Shown here one piece after another: positions 8,771 to 17,837 of a stretch of DNA of 64,000 bases. The translations under genes were made by a program, and so were the position numbers. Below the pieces are notes generated by a model. That model ran no database searches, had not been told where the DNA came from, and saw only the letters and a program-made list of their open reading frames with translations. Each line of letters opens with the position of its first letter. Position 1 is the stretch's first letter. The stretch comes from Acidimicrobiia bacterium. Lineage in GTDB: Bacteria > Actinomycetota > Acidimicrobiia > IMCC26256 > PALSA-610. The stretch covers positions 26,814 through 90,813 of the forward strand of contig BPGH01000001.1 of NCBI GenBank assembly GCA_026002935.1. Reading direction: 5' to 3'.

Positions 8771-10849
8771 ATGGCCCTGCCCGACGCAGTCGGCCTCCCC
8801 GCCGCCGGCGACGCCCGCTACCTGAACCGCGAACTGTCGTGGCTCGACTTCAACGCGCGCGTGCTCGCGCTGGCCGAGGACCCCGAGCTCCCGCTCCTCG
8901 AGCGCGCGAAGTTCCTCGCCATCTTCAGCTCGAACCTCGACGAGTTCTTCCAGGTGCGGGTGTCCGGCCTGAAGGAACAACTCGCGGCGGGCGTCCGCAG
9001 CACGTCACCGGACGGGCTCGACCAGGTGGAGCAGCTCCGCGCGATCCGCGCGCGCGTCGAGGAGCTCGTCACCCGCCAGGCGGCCGTGTTCACGAAGGAC
9101 GTCGTGCCGTCACTGCGGGACGCCGGCGTCGAGTTCGCCGACTGGGCGGATCTCGTCGACGACGAGCGCGACCAGCTCCGGCGCGAGTTCCAGCACCGGA
9201 TCTTCCCGGTCCTCACCCCCCTCGCGGTCGATCCGGCACACCCCTTCCCCTACATCTCGAACCTCTCGCTCAACCTCGCCGTGGCCGTGCGCGACCCGGC
9301 CAACGGCGAGAGCCGCTTCGCGCGCGTCAAGGTGCCGCCCCTGCTCCCCCGGTTCGTGGCGCTGCCGAGCGGGACGCGCTTCGTCCCCCTCGAGCAGGTC
9401 ATCGCCGCGCACCTCGACACGCTGTTCCCCGGCATGGAGGTGCTCGCCGTCCACCCCTTCCGCGTCACGCGCGACGCGGACATCGAGCTCACCGACGAGG
9501 CCGAGGACCTGCTGACGGCGATGGAGTTCGTGCTGCGCCAGCGCACGAAGTTCGGCGCCGCGGTGCGGCTCGAGGTGGACTCGTCGATGACCTCCGACGT
9601 GCTCGACCTGTTGTGCCGCGAGCTCGATCTCGGCCCGTCCGACGTGTACGTGATCGACGGGCCGCTCGACCTGAGCGGCCTGTGGACGCTGTACTCGCTG
9701 CGCCGGCCGGAGCTGAAGTACCCCGAGTACAAGCCGCAGACGCCTCCCCCCCTCGCGGGGGGCGACGACGCGGACGTGTTCTGGGCGATGCGCAGCGGCA
9801 ACGTGCTGCTGCACCACCCCTACGACTCGTTCGCGACGTCGGTCGAGGCGTTCGTCGCGCAGGCGGCGGCCGATCCCCACGTGCTCGCGATCAAGCAGAC
9901 GCTCTACCGCACCGGCGGCGACGAGGCGGGCATCGTCGCGTCGCTCGTGAAGGCGGCCGAGGCCGGCAAGCAGGTCGTGGCGCTGGTCGAGCTCAAGGCG
10001 CGCTTCGACGAGCAGGCGAACATCGAGCGCGCCCGCATGCTGGAGCAGGCCGGCGCCCACGTCGTCTACGGGCTCGTCGGTCTCAAGACGCACTCGAAGA
10101 TCCTGCTCGTCGTGCGCCAGGAACCCGACGGGATCCGCCTGTACGTCCACTTCGGCACCGGCAACTACAACCCGAAGACCGCGACCATCTACGAGGACCT
10201 CGGCGTCCTGTCGTCGGACCCCGACCTCGGCGCGGACGTGAGCGAGCTGTTCAACCACCTCACCGGCTACAGCCGCCAGGGCGCGTACCGAAAGCTCGTC
10301 GTCGCCCCGGGGCAGCTGCGCGAACGGCTGCGAACGCTCATCCGCGGCCAGGCCCACCCCGACGGCCGGATCACCGTGAAGATCAATTCCCTCGCCGACG
10401 CGGAGATGATCGACGAGCTCTACGCGGCCTCGGCGGCGGGCGCGCGCATCGACCTGGTCGTGCGGGGGATCTGTTGCCTGCGCCCCGGTGTCGCCGGCCT
10501 GTCGGAGCGGATCTCGGTCCGGTCGATCGTCGGGCGCTACCTGGAGCACTCGCGCATCTTCCGGTTCGGGCCGGCGGGGGCCGCGGACACCGAGTACCTG
10601 ATCGGCTCCGCCGACCTCATGCCGCGCAACCTCGACCGGCGGGTCGAGACGCTGCTGCGGGTCGACGACCCGCGGCTGCGGGCCCGCCTCGACGAGATCC
10701 TCGAGCTCAACCTGGCCGACGACGTCCTCGCCTGGACGCTCGAGCCCGACGGCACCTGGCGGAAGGTGCCGAACGTGTCCGGCATCGAGTCGCAGGTGCG
10801 GTTCCAGCAACTCGCCGTGGCCCGGGCCCGCGCCCGCACCGAGGGCTGA
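8771..10849 (+). CDS. ppk1: Polyphosphate kinase 1
   Basis: 692-aa ORF. N-terminus RYLNRELSWLDFNARVLALAED..ERAKFLAIFSSNLDEFF and two PLD-like C-terminal domains (HSKILLV, GSADLMPRNL) are characteristic of PPK1. TACGAT at 8759-8764 lies 6 nt upstream of the ATG. Confidence 0.97.
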   Translation: MALPDAVGLPAAGDARYLNRELSWLDFNARVLALAEDPELPLLERAKFLAIFSSNLDEFFQVRVSGLKEQLAAGVRSTSPDGLDQVEQLRAIRARVEELVTRQAAVFTKDVVPSLRDAGVEFADWADLVDDERDQLRREFQHRIFPVLTPLAVDPAHPFPYISNLSLNLAVAVRDPANGESRFARVKVPPLLPRFVALPSGTRFVPLEQVIAAHLDTLFPGMEVLAVHPFRVTRDADIELTDEAEDLLTAMEFVLRQRTKFGAAVRLEVDSSMTSDVLDLLCRELDLGPSDVYVIDGPLDLSGLWTLYSLRRPELKYPEYKPQTPPPLAGGDDADVFWAMRSGNVLLHHPYDSFATSVEAFVAQAAADPHVLAIKQTLYRTGGDEAGIVASLVKAAEAGKQVVALVELKARFDEQANIERARMLEQAGAHVVYGLVGLKTHSKILLVVRQEPDGIRLYVHFGTGNYNPKTATIYEDLGVLSSDPDLGADVSELFNHLTGYSRQGAYRKLVVAPGQLRERLRTLIRGQAHPDGRITVKINSLADAEMIDELYAASAAGARIDLVVRGICCLRPGVAGLSERISVRSIVGRYLEHSRIFRFGPAGAADTEYLIGSADLMPRNLDRRVETLLRVDDPRLRARLDEILELNLADDVLAWTLEPDGTWRKVPNVSGIESQVRFQQLAVARARARTEG

Positions 10850-10851
10850 GC

Positions 10852-11736
10852 GTGGGATCGCACCGCGCGTCCGACGGGCGGGGCACGGTCGCCGACGTCG
10901 TGCGCGACGCGATCGCCGGGTCGGTTCGCCGGTTGCACGAGCACGAGCACGGCGTGCGCCGGGGCGGCGACCCCGAGGACGTGCACCAGGCCCGCGTCGC
11001 CGTACGGCGGTTGCGGTCCGACCTGCGCACCTTCGAGGCCTTCCTGGACCCCGCCTGGACGGCGCCGCTGCGCTCGGAGCTGCGCTGGCTGGCCGGTGAG
11101 CTCGGGCCCGTGCGGGACGCGGAGGTGCTGCACGCCCGCCTGTGCGACCACGCGAAGCTCCTCCCGGAGGGGCATCGGGAGGAGGCGGAGGCGGTCGTGC
11201 ACCGGCTGGTGAGCGAGCGCGACGCGGCCCGCGCCCACCTCGTCGGTGCGATGGGGTCGGCGCGCTACGCGCGCCTCGTCGCCGGCCTCGACGACGCCGC
11301 GCGGCGGCCGCGGTTCACCGCGCGGGCGGCCGACCCGGCGCGCCGCGCCCTGCCGTCCGTCGTCCGCCGTCCGTGGCGCCGCCTGCGCGACGACGTCGCC
11401 GCGCTCGGCCCCGCACCGACGGACGAGGCGCTCCACGAGGTCCGCATCCGCGCCAAGCGCGCCCGGTACGCCGCCGAGGCGGCCGCCGCGGCGCTCGGCG
11501 CGCGGACGCGGCGGTTCGCCCGGGCGCTCGCCGCGCTGCAGGACGTGCTCGGGGAGCACCAGGACGCGGTGGTCGCCGGCCGGTGGCTCGCGTCCGCCGC
11601 GGCCGGCTCCCCGCCCGCGCAGGCGTTCGCCGCCGGGATGCTCGCCGAGGTGGAGGCGCAGGCCGCGCGCGCCGCCCGGGCCGCGTTCCCGGCCGCCTGG
11701 CGCGACGTGCGCCGCCACCGCCCCGCGTCGTGGTGA
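10852..11736 (+). CDS. CHAD domain protein (polyphosphate-granule associated family)
   Basis: GTG 10852, 2 nt after the ppk1 stop. Helical repeats with conserved His/Arg (VHQARVAVRRLRSDLRTF, LHEVRIRAKRARYAAE, LGEHQD) are typical of CHAD. Confidence 0.8.
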   Translation: MGSHRASDGRGTVADVVRDAIAGSVRRLHEHEHGVRRGGDPEDVHQARVAVRRLRSDLRTFEAFLDPAWTAPLRSELRWLAGELGPVRDAEVLHARLCDHAKLLPEGHREEAEAVVHRLVSERDAARAHLVGAMGSARYARLVAGLDDAARRPRFTARAADPARRALPSVVRRPWRRLRDDVAALGPAPTDEALHEVRIRAKRARYAAEAAAAALGARTRRFARALAALQDVLGEHQDAVVAGRWLASAAAGSPPAQAFAAGMLAEVEAQAARAARAAFPAAWRDVRRHRPASW

Positions 11737-12167
11737 CCGGCGACGGCCCGGCCGGCCGGCTCGTGCGCGCCGCGGGCGGCGTGGTGGTGCGGCACACCCC
11801 CGGCGGCACCGAGGTGCTCGTCGTGCACCGGCCGCGCTACGACGACTGGAGCCTGCCCAAGGGGAAGGTCGACCCGGGCGAGGACGAGGAGGATGCGGCC
11901 CGCCGCGAGGTGGCCGAGGAGACCGGATGGCTCACCGAACACGGCCGGGAGGTCGCGACGGTCGAGTACACCGACCGGCACGGGCGTCCCAAGCGCGTGC
12001 GTTACTGGGAGATGACGCCGGTCCGGTTCGCGGGGTTCACCCCCGGCGACGAGGTGGACGAGGTGCGCTGGGTCCCGATCGGGGCCGCGGGCGCCCTCCT
12101 CTCCTACGATTCCGACCGTGCGGTGCTCGACCGCTACCTGACCCTCCGGCGCGGAGACGGCACGTGA
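11733..12167 (+). CDS. NUDIX hydrolase
   Basis: GTG 11733 overlaps the CHAD stop (GTGA). Nudix box GKVDPGEDEEDAARREVAEETG. Confidence 0.85.
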   Translation: MTGDGPAGRLVRAAGGVVVRHTPGGTEVLVVHRPRYDDWSLPKGKVDPGEDEEDAARREVAEETGWLTEHGREVATVEYTDRHGRPKRVRYWEMTPVRFAGFTPGDEVDEVRWVPIGAAGALLSYDSDRAVLDRYLTLRRGDGT

Positions 12168-12631
12168 CGTTGTACCTGTTCCGGCACGCGAAGGCCGGCG
12201 ACCGGCAGCGATGGGAGGGCGACGACTTCCACCGCCCCCTGTCGCGCCGCGGTCGTCGGCAGGCCGAGGGCCTCGTCGACCTCCTGCGCGACGTGCACCT
12301 CGAACGCATCCTGTCGAGCCCGTACGTCCGCTGCATGGAGTCGGTGGTGCCGCTCGCAGCGAGGCGCGGGGTGGCGATCGAACCCACCGACGCGCTGGCC
12401 GAGGGCGCCCCGCTCGAGGCGGCCCTGGCGCTGGTGCGCAAGCACGCCCACCGGGACACGCTCCTGTGCTCGCACGGCGACGTCATCCCGGCGCTGCTCG
12501 ACCACTGGGGTCGCCGCGGCCTCGACCTCGGCACGGCCCCGCAGTGCCCGAAGGCCAGCACCTGGGTGATCGACCTCGACGGCACCGGCGAACCCGCGGC
12601 CGCACGCTACCTGCCGCCACCCCCCGACTGA
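12164..12631 (+). CDS. Histidine phosphatase (SixA-like) family protein
   Basis: GTG 12164 overlaps the Nudix stop (GTGA). Motifs: LYLFRHAKAG (RHG-type catalytic motif), ILSSPYVRC, SHGD. Confidence 0.8.
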   Translation: MTLYLFRHAKAGDRQRWEGDDFHRPLSRRGRRQAEGLVDLLRDVHLERILSSPYVRCMESVVPLAARRGVAIEPTDALAEGAPLEAALALVRKHAHRDTLLCSHGDVIPALLDHWGRRGLDLGTAPQCPKASTWVIDLDGTGEPAAARYLPPPPD

Positions 12632-12664
12632 CCGCCGGCGGGCGACGCCCGGACGGGGACGGCA

Positions 12665-12704
12665 CCGGCCCGGGCTGCGGCCCCTGGATGTGGGCCCGGG
12701 CCGG
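12665..12704 (+). terminator. GC-rich hairpin downstream of the ppk1 operon (possible intrinsic terminator or structured element)
   Basis: ccggcccgggc (12665-12675) pairs perfectly with gcccgggccgg (12694-12704). 18-nt loop. Starts 34 nt after the SixA stop. No U-tract. Confidence 0.3.
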
Positions 12705-12836
12705 CACGTCCACGGCGACCGTAACGGCCGCGGCCTTCGGGCCGGTGTCGGGCCCGTGCACGGGTGATGACGGTCCCGTGATCTGTCGAGACCCCGTCGT
12801 TCCGTACACTCCGAGCCGCCGAGAAGAGGAGCAGAG

Positions 12837-13301
12837 ATGACCGTCGAGACCGGACGAGAGGCACCCGACTTCACGCTGAAGGACCAGGACGGCAACGAGG
12901 TGACGCTGTCGTCCTTCCGCGGCACGAAGAACGTGGTGCTGGTCTTCTACCCGTTCACCTTCACCGGGGTGTGCGAGGGCGAGCTCTGCTCGCTGCGCGA
13001 CGACCTCACGACCTTCGAGACGTCGCAGGCACAGGTGCTCGCGATCTCGTGCGACTCGCGCTTCGCCCAGCAGCAGTGGGCGAAGCAGCAGGGCTTCACG
13101 TTCCCGGTGCTCAGCGACTTCTGGCCCCACGGCGAGGTCGCACGCCGCTACGGCGTCTTCAACGAGGCGCTCGGGTGCGCCAACCGGGCGACGTTCGTCA
13201 TCGACAAGGACGGCAAGGTGGTCGACCGCTTCGAGTCGCCCGACCTCGGCACGCCCCGCGGCAAGGAGGCGTACGAGGCGGCGCTCGCGAAGCTGTCCTG
13301 A
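12837..13301 (+). CDS. ahpE: Peroxiredoxin, AhpE/Bcp-like (1-Cys type)
   Basis: 154-aa ORF. Motif FYPFTFTGVCEGELC (PxxxTxxC peroxidatic Cys). gaggag SD upstream. Confidence 0.88.
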   Translation: MTVETGREAPDFTLKDQDGNEVTLSSFRGTKNVVLVFYPFTFTGVCEGELCSLRDDLTTFETSQAQVLAISCDSRFAQQQWAKQQGFTFPVLSDFWPHGEVARRYGVFNEALGCANRATFVIDKDGKVVDRFESPDLGTPRGKEAYEAALAKLS

Positions 13302-13329
13302 TCCCGTCACGCGGCGCGCGGCGGGTCGC

Positions 13330-14046
13330 TCAGGCGCTCGCCGCGCTCGCGGTCGCCTCGTAGCGGTAGCCGACGCCGCGGATCGTCACGATCCGGGTCG
13401 GGTTCGCCGGGTCCTCCTCCACCTTCGATCGGAGACGCTTGATGTGGACGTCGAGCGTCTTCGTGTCGCCGAAGTAGTTGGGGCCCCAGACCCGGTCGAT
13501 GAGCACGTCGCGGGTGAGCACCCGGCCCGCGTTCGCCAGGAGCAGCTCGAGCAGCTCGAACTCCTTCAGCGGGAGCGAGATCGGTTCGCCGCGCACGTAC
13601 ACCTCGTGGCGCGCCGCGTCGAGCCGCACGTCGCCGACCTCGAGGACCTCCGGGTGCTCGCGCCGGTCGTCGGTCACGGGCACGCGCCGCAGCGCCGCCC
13701 GCACGCGCGCGATCAGCTCCCGGAGCCGGAACGGCTTGGTCACGTAGTCGTCGGCGCCCACCTCGAGACCGACGACGGCGTCGATCTCCGCGTTGCGTGC
13801 CGTGACCATGATGATGGGGACGCGCGAGCGCGAGCGCAGCTCGCGGCAGACGTCGACACCCGACATCTTCGGGAGCATCACGTCCAGCAGCACGAGGGCC
13901 GGCTTCGACGCCTCGAAGCGCAGGATCGCCTCGGCGCCGTCGGCGGCGGTCTCGACGATGAACCCCTCGCGCTGCAACGCGACCGAGAGGGCGTCACGGT
14001 AGGACTGCTCGTCGTCGACGACGAGGATCAGCGGCGGGTCGGCCAT
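13330..14046 (-). CDS. regX3: OmpR-family response regulator, RegX3/PhoP-type
   Basis: ATG 14046 (MADPPLILVVDDEQSY). Receiver domain with LLDVMLP phospho-Asp. IMVTARNAEIDAVVGLEVGADDYVTKPF is nearly the RegX3/PhoP signature. Winged-helix C-terminus (TIRGVGYR). Confidence 0.9.
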   Translation of the reverse strand: MADPPLILVVDDEQSYRDALSVALQREGFIVETAADGAEAILRFEASKPALVLLDVMLPKMSGVDVCRELRSRSRVPIIMVTARNAEIDAVVGLEVGADDYVTKPFRLRELIARVRAALRRVPVTDDRREHPEVLEVGDVRLDAARHEVYVRGEPISLPLKEFELLELLLANAGRVLTRDVLIDRVWGPNYFGDTKTLDVHIKRLRSKVEEDPANPTRIVTIRGVGYRYEATASAASA

Positions 14047-14095
14047 CGGCTTCGGTGCTCCGTCGTTCTCGCCTGGTTCGGTTCGGTCGGCCCCA

Positions 14096-15310
14096 TCAGG
14101 AGGCCTCGGAGAGGGCGCGCGGGCCGCGCTGCGCGTGCGGGAGCGACAGCACGAACGTGGAGCCCTCCCCCTCGGTCGACTCGACACTGACCTCGCCGCC
14201 GTGTGCCTGCGCCACGTGCCGCACGATCGACAGGCCGAGCCCCGTGCCGCCGGTGTCGCGGCTGCGGGCGCGGTCGACCCGGTAGAAGCGCTCGAAGATG
14301 CGCTCGAGGTCGCGGGAGGGGATCCCGATCCCGTGGTCCCGGACCACGAACGCGACGCGGTCGCCGTCGACCCGCGCCGACACCTCGACCGGCTCGGCGG
14401 GCCCGGAGTACTTGATCGCGTTGTCGAGCAGGTTCACCAGCGCGCTGCGCACCTGACGGGGTTCGCACGGGATCTCGACGTCGGGCGGCACGCCGTTCAC
14501 CAGGATCGGAACCCCCGCCTGGTCGGCGGCGGCCTGGACGTGGTCGACGGCCTCGTTGACGAGCACCCGCGCGGGCACCGGGACCCGGGTCGGCGCCTCC
14601 TGCGACTCGATCTGCGACAGGTCGAGGAGGTCGTCGACGATCCGCGAGAGGCGTTCCGCCTCGCGCAGCACGCGCTCCGCGAGCGACCGCACGACGGCCG
14701 GGTCCTCCGAGGAGATCATCGTCTCGGCGAGCAGGCCGAGTGCACCGATCGGTGTCTTCAGCTCGTGGCTCACGTTGGCGACGAAGTCGCGCCGGACGCT
14801 CTCGATCCGCCGGCTCTCGGTCACGTCCCGCACGAACGCGGCGGCGCCGACGGTCTCCACCCCCTGGCGCAGCGGCACGGCGCGCAGGGCGAGCACCTGC
14901 GCCGGCGGCCCGTAGAGCTGCAGCTCCCGCTCGGCGAGCTCACCGAGCAGCGCCCGCTCGATCAGGTCGTGCATCGCCTCCTCGGCGAGCGCATGGGCGT
15001 GGCGGGCGCCCGTGAACCGCTGCGCCGACCGGTTGCGCAGCACCTCACGGCCGATCCGGTCGACGACCACGATGGCCTCGTCGGTCTCGTCGAGCGCGGC
15101 GACGAACCAGTGCTGCATCGCCCGGGCCGACGCCACGCGCTCGCTCGTCTCGTTGAGCAGCTCCGCGACGGCGGCGGGCAGGGCCCGTCCCGGGGCGTCC
15201 ACCCCTCGCCGGGGCATCCGTTCGGCCCGGTGGCGGGCGAACGCCCAGGACGACGCGACGGCGGCGAGCACCCAGCCGAGCACGAGCAGGACGACCAGAC
15301 CGCTGTTCAC
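14096..15310 (-). CDS. senX3: Sensor histidine kinase, SenX3/PhoR-type
   Basis: GTG 15310 (VNSGLVVLLVLGW, a TM helix). PAS-like region. H-box FVANVSHELKTP. N, G1 and G2 boxes (NLLDNAIKY, DHGIGI, GGTGLGLSI). Confidence 0.85.
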   Translation of the reverse strand: MNSGLVVLLVLGWVLAAVASSWAFARHRAERMPRRGVDAPGRALPAAVAELLNETSERVASARAMQHWFVAALDETDEAIVVVDRIGREVLRNRSAQRFTGARHAHALAEEAMHDLIERALLGELAERELQLYGPPAQVLALRAVPLRQGVETVGAAAFVRDVTESRRIESVRRDFVANVSHELKTPIGALGLLAETMISSEDPAVVRSLAERVLREAERLSRIVDDLLDLSQIESQEAPTRVPVPARVLVNEAVDHVQAAADQAGVPILVNGVPPDVEIPCEPRQVRSALVNLLDNAIKYSGPAEPVEVSARVDGDRVAFVVRDHGIGIPSRDLERIFERFYRVDRARSRDTGGTGLGLSIVRHVAQAHGGEVSVESTEGEGSTFVLSLPHAQRGPRALSEAS

Positions 15311-15420
15311 CCGACCGCCACCACGCGCGGCCGCGCCCGGGTGGCCGCCGGCCGGGCGGCGAACCGGGAGAGGGCCCCGTGCGCCACGGCCCCAGGGTAC
15401 CGAGCGGCCCGCCCGCCCCA

Positions 15421-15464
15421 GGTGACGTGCCGGTGGCGTGCACCTGACCGGGGCGTGAACAATC
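15421..15464 (-). promoter_or_regulatory. Four 11-bp-phased PHO-box-like direct repeat units in the senX3 / phoU divergent intergenic region
   Basis: Plus-strand GGTGACG (15421), GGTGGCG (15432), CCTGACC (15443), CGTGAAC (15454). On the senX3 sense strand these read GTTCACG / GGTCAGG / CGCCACC / CGTCACC. TACCCT hexamer at 15399-15394 lies 21 nt downstream of the last unit. Confidence 0.45.
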
Positions 15465-15555
15465 GACGGCGACGCGGGAGGCGCCGCCCCGCGCGCGGGC
15501 ATCATGCGGGCGGCATCATGCAGGCGTTCGGTTCGGTACGTACGGGGACGGTGAC

Positions 15556-16263
15556 GTGGAAGAGGCCCGGAAGCGGTTCCACCACGAGCTCGACGGGCTC
15601 CGGACCGACCTGATCCGGGCCGCGGCGGAGACCAGCGAGGCGATCGCGGCGGCGACCCGCGCCCTGCTCGACCACGACCTGGCCGTCGTCGAGCGGGTCT
15701 TCGCACACGACCGCGCGGTCGACGAGCTGCACGTGTCGATCGAGGCGCGCGCCTACCACCTCCTCGGGCTCCAGCAACCGGTGGCGCACGACCTGCGAAC
15801 CCTGCTCGCCGCGCTGCGGATCCTCCAGGAGATCGGGCTCTCGTCCGACCTCACGGTCACGATCGCCAAGGCGGCACGGCGCTCCTACGGGATGGAGCTG
15901 CCGCCCCGCATCCGGGGGATCATCGACCGGATGGGCCACCAGGCCGGCGTCCAGTTCCGCCTCGCGATCGACGCCTTCGCCGACGAGGACGAGAACGTCG
16001 CGAACGCGCTGTCCGACATGGACGACGTGATGGACGACCTCCAGAAGGAGCTGTTCCGCGCGATCTTCGACCTCTGCAAGGCGGACGAGGCCGGGATCCA
16101 GCAGGCGGTGCAGATCGCGCTGGTCGGCCGGTACTACGAGCGGATCGCCGACCACGCGGTCCTGATCGGCAAGTGGGTGAACTTCATGGCGACCGGCGAG
16201 CTGCCCGAGCCGCCGAGCCGGGAGGAGCCGGACCCCGGTCAGCGCACCTCGGATGCCAGGTAG
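15556..16263 (+). CDS. phoU: PhoU-family phosphate signalling protein (paralog 1, divergent from senX3)
   Basis: 235-aa ORF with two PhoU repeats; C-terminal ALVGRYYERIADHA motif. Confidence 0.9.
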   Translation: MEEARKRFHHELDGLRTDLIRAAAETSEAIAAATRALLDHDLAVVERVFAHDRAVDELHVSIEARAYHLLGLQQPVAHDLRTLLAALRILQEIGLSSDLTVTIAKAARRSYGMELPPRIRGIIDRMGHQAGVQFRLAIDAFADEDENVANALSDMDDVMDDLQKELFRAIFDLCKADEAGIQQAVQIALVGRYYERIADHAVLIGKWVNFMATGELPEPPSREEPDPGQRTSDAR

Positions 16264-16931
16264 CGGGTGTCCCCGGTGAGCAGGTAGCCGAGTCGCTCCC
16301 CGATCACCACGGCGTGGTCGGCGATCCGCTCCAGCGACCGGCCCACGAGCACGGCGGTGATCGCGACGTGCGCGGCGTCGGGGCCCGACAGGCCGACGAG
16401 CCGTTCGGTGAGCGCGAGGTAGTGCTCGTCCATCACGGCGTCACGGCGGCTGAGATCCTCGGCGTGCGCGGGGTCCCGCGTCGACCAGGCCTCCAGCGCG
16501 CAGTCGAACGACTCGACGGCCACCTCGGCCATGCGCAGCAGCGTCGCGACGACCTCGGGATGGCGGACGAGCGCGTCGTGGTCGGGGGCGGCCTTCACGA
16601 CCCGCAGCGCGAGGTCCCCGATGCGTTCGAGCTCCTCGAGGATCCGCAGGACCGACACGACCAGCCGCAGATCGGCCGCGACCGGGCTCTCCCGGCGGAT
16701 CAGGTCGTAGCACCGCTCGGTGAGCGAGACGTGCATCGAGTCGATCTCGTCGTCGCCGGCGACGACCCGGTCGGCGAGCGCCTCGTCACCCGTCGCCAGC
16801 ACCTCGCGGGCCGACCGGAGCGCGTCGCCCACCCGGATCGCCATGACCTCGACCTGCAACCCGAGCTGCTGGAGCTCGCTCGTGAAGTGCTGACGCAGCG
16901 GCTCGGCGGGACCCGACGCGCCCGTCGCCAT
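16239..16931 (-). CDS. phoU: PhoU-family phosphate signalling protein (paralog 2, last gene of the pst operon)
   Basis: ATG 16931 overlaps the pstB stop (ATGA). Two PhoU repeats (ELERIGDLA; VLVGRSLERIADHA). Confidence 0.9.
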   Translation of the reverse strand: MATGASGPAEPLRQHFTSELQQLGLQVEVMAIRVGDALRSAREVLATGDEALADRVVAGDDEIDSMHVSLTERCYDLIRRESPVAADLRLVVSVLRILEELERIGDLALRVVKAAPDHDALVRHPEVVATLLRMAEVAVESFDCALEAWSTRDPAHAEDLSRRDAVMDEHYLALTERLVGLSGPDAAHVAITAVLVGRSLERIADHAVVIGERLGYLLTGDTRYLASEVR

Positions 16932-17776
16932 CAACCGAACCGACCGGTGATGTACGCCTCCGTTCGCGGGTCGGAGGGGGTCGAGAAGATCTTCTCGGTG
17001 GCGTCGAGCTCGACCAGCACCCCGGTGCGCCGGTCGCTCTCCTCGTTCACCTCGGTCGTGAAGAACGCGGTGCGGTCGCTGACGCGCGCGGCCTGCTGCA
17101 TGTTGTGGGTCACGATCACGATCGTGTACGACTGCTTGATCTCCTGCATCAGGTCCTCGATGCGCGAGGTCGCGATCGGGTCGAGGGCGGAGCAGGGCTC
17201 GTCCATGAGCAGCACCTCCGGGTCGACGGCGATCGCGCGGGCGATGCAGAGCCGCTGCTGCTGCCCGCCGGACAGGCCGAGTGCCGAGGACCGGAGCCGG
17301 TTGCGGACCTCCTCCCACAGCGCGGCCCGCCGCAACGACTGCTCGACGATCTCGTCGAGCTGCGAGCGCTTTCGGATCCCGTTGACCCGCGGCCCGAAGG
17401 CGACGTTGTCGTAGATGCTCTTCGGGAACGGGTTCGGCTTCTGGAACACCATCCCGATCCGGCGCCGCACCTCCCCCGGGTGGGCGTCCGGCCCGTAGAG
17501 GTCGATCCCGTGGTAGGTGAGGCGGCCCTCGATCCGGGCGCCCGGGATGAGGTCGTTCATCCGGTTCAGGCAGCGCAGCACCGTGGACTTCCCGCAGCCC
17601 GACGGCCCGATGAGCGCGGTGATCTCGCCGCGGCGCACGTCGAGGTCGACGTCGCGCACCGCGCGGAAGTCGCCGTAGTAGACCGAGAGGCCCTCCATCC
17701 GGAGCACGACCTCCGCCTCGACGGCGATGTCGTCGGACTCGACCCGCCGGGTCGCCGCCACCTCGAGGTCTCGCAT
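16931..17776 (-). CDS. pstB: Phosphate ABC transporter ATP-binding protein PstB
   Basis: Walker [10 protein letters not shown], signature LSGGQQQRL, Walker B LLMDEP, PstB-specific [10 protein letters not shown]. Start ATG 17776 with gaggaagg SD. The track start 17845 (GTG) is an alternative. Confidence 0.93.
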   Translation of the reverse strand: MRDLEVAATRRVESDDIAVEAEVVLRMEGLSVYYGDFRAVRDVDLDVRRGEITALIGPSGCGKSTVLRCLNRMNDLIPGARIEGRLTYHGIDLYGPDAHPGEVRRRIGMVFQKPNPFPKSIYDNVAFGPRVNGIRKRSQLDEIVEQSLRRAALWEEVRNRLRSSALGLSGGQQQRLCIARAIAVDPEVLLMDEPCSALDPIATSRIEDLMQEIKQSYTIVIVTHNMQQAARVSDRTAFFTTEVNEESDRRTGVLVELDATEKIFSTPSDPRTEAYITGRFG

Positions 17777-17837
17777 CAGCCCGTTGCCTTCCTCGTCCCC
17801 GACGGCCAGGCCGTCGTCGTCACCGGCGCCGCTCGCG

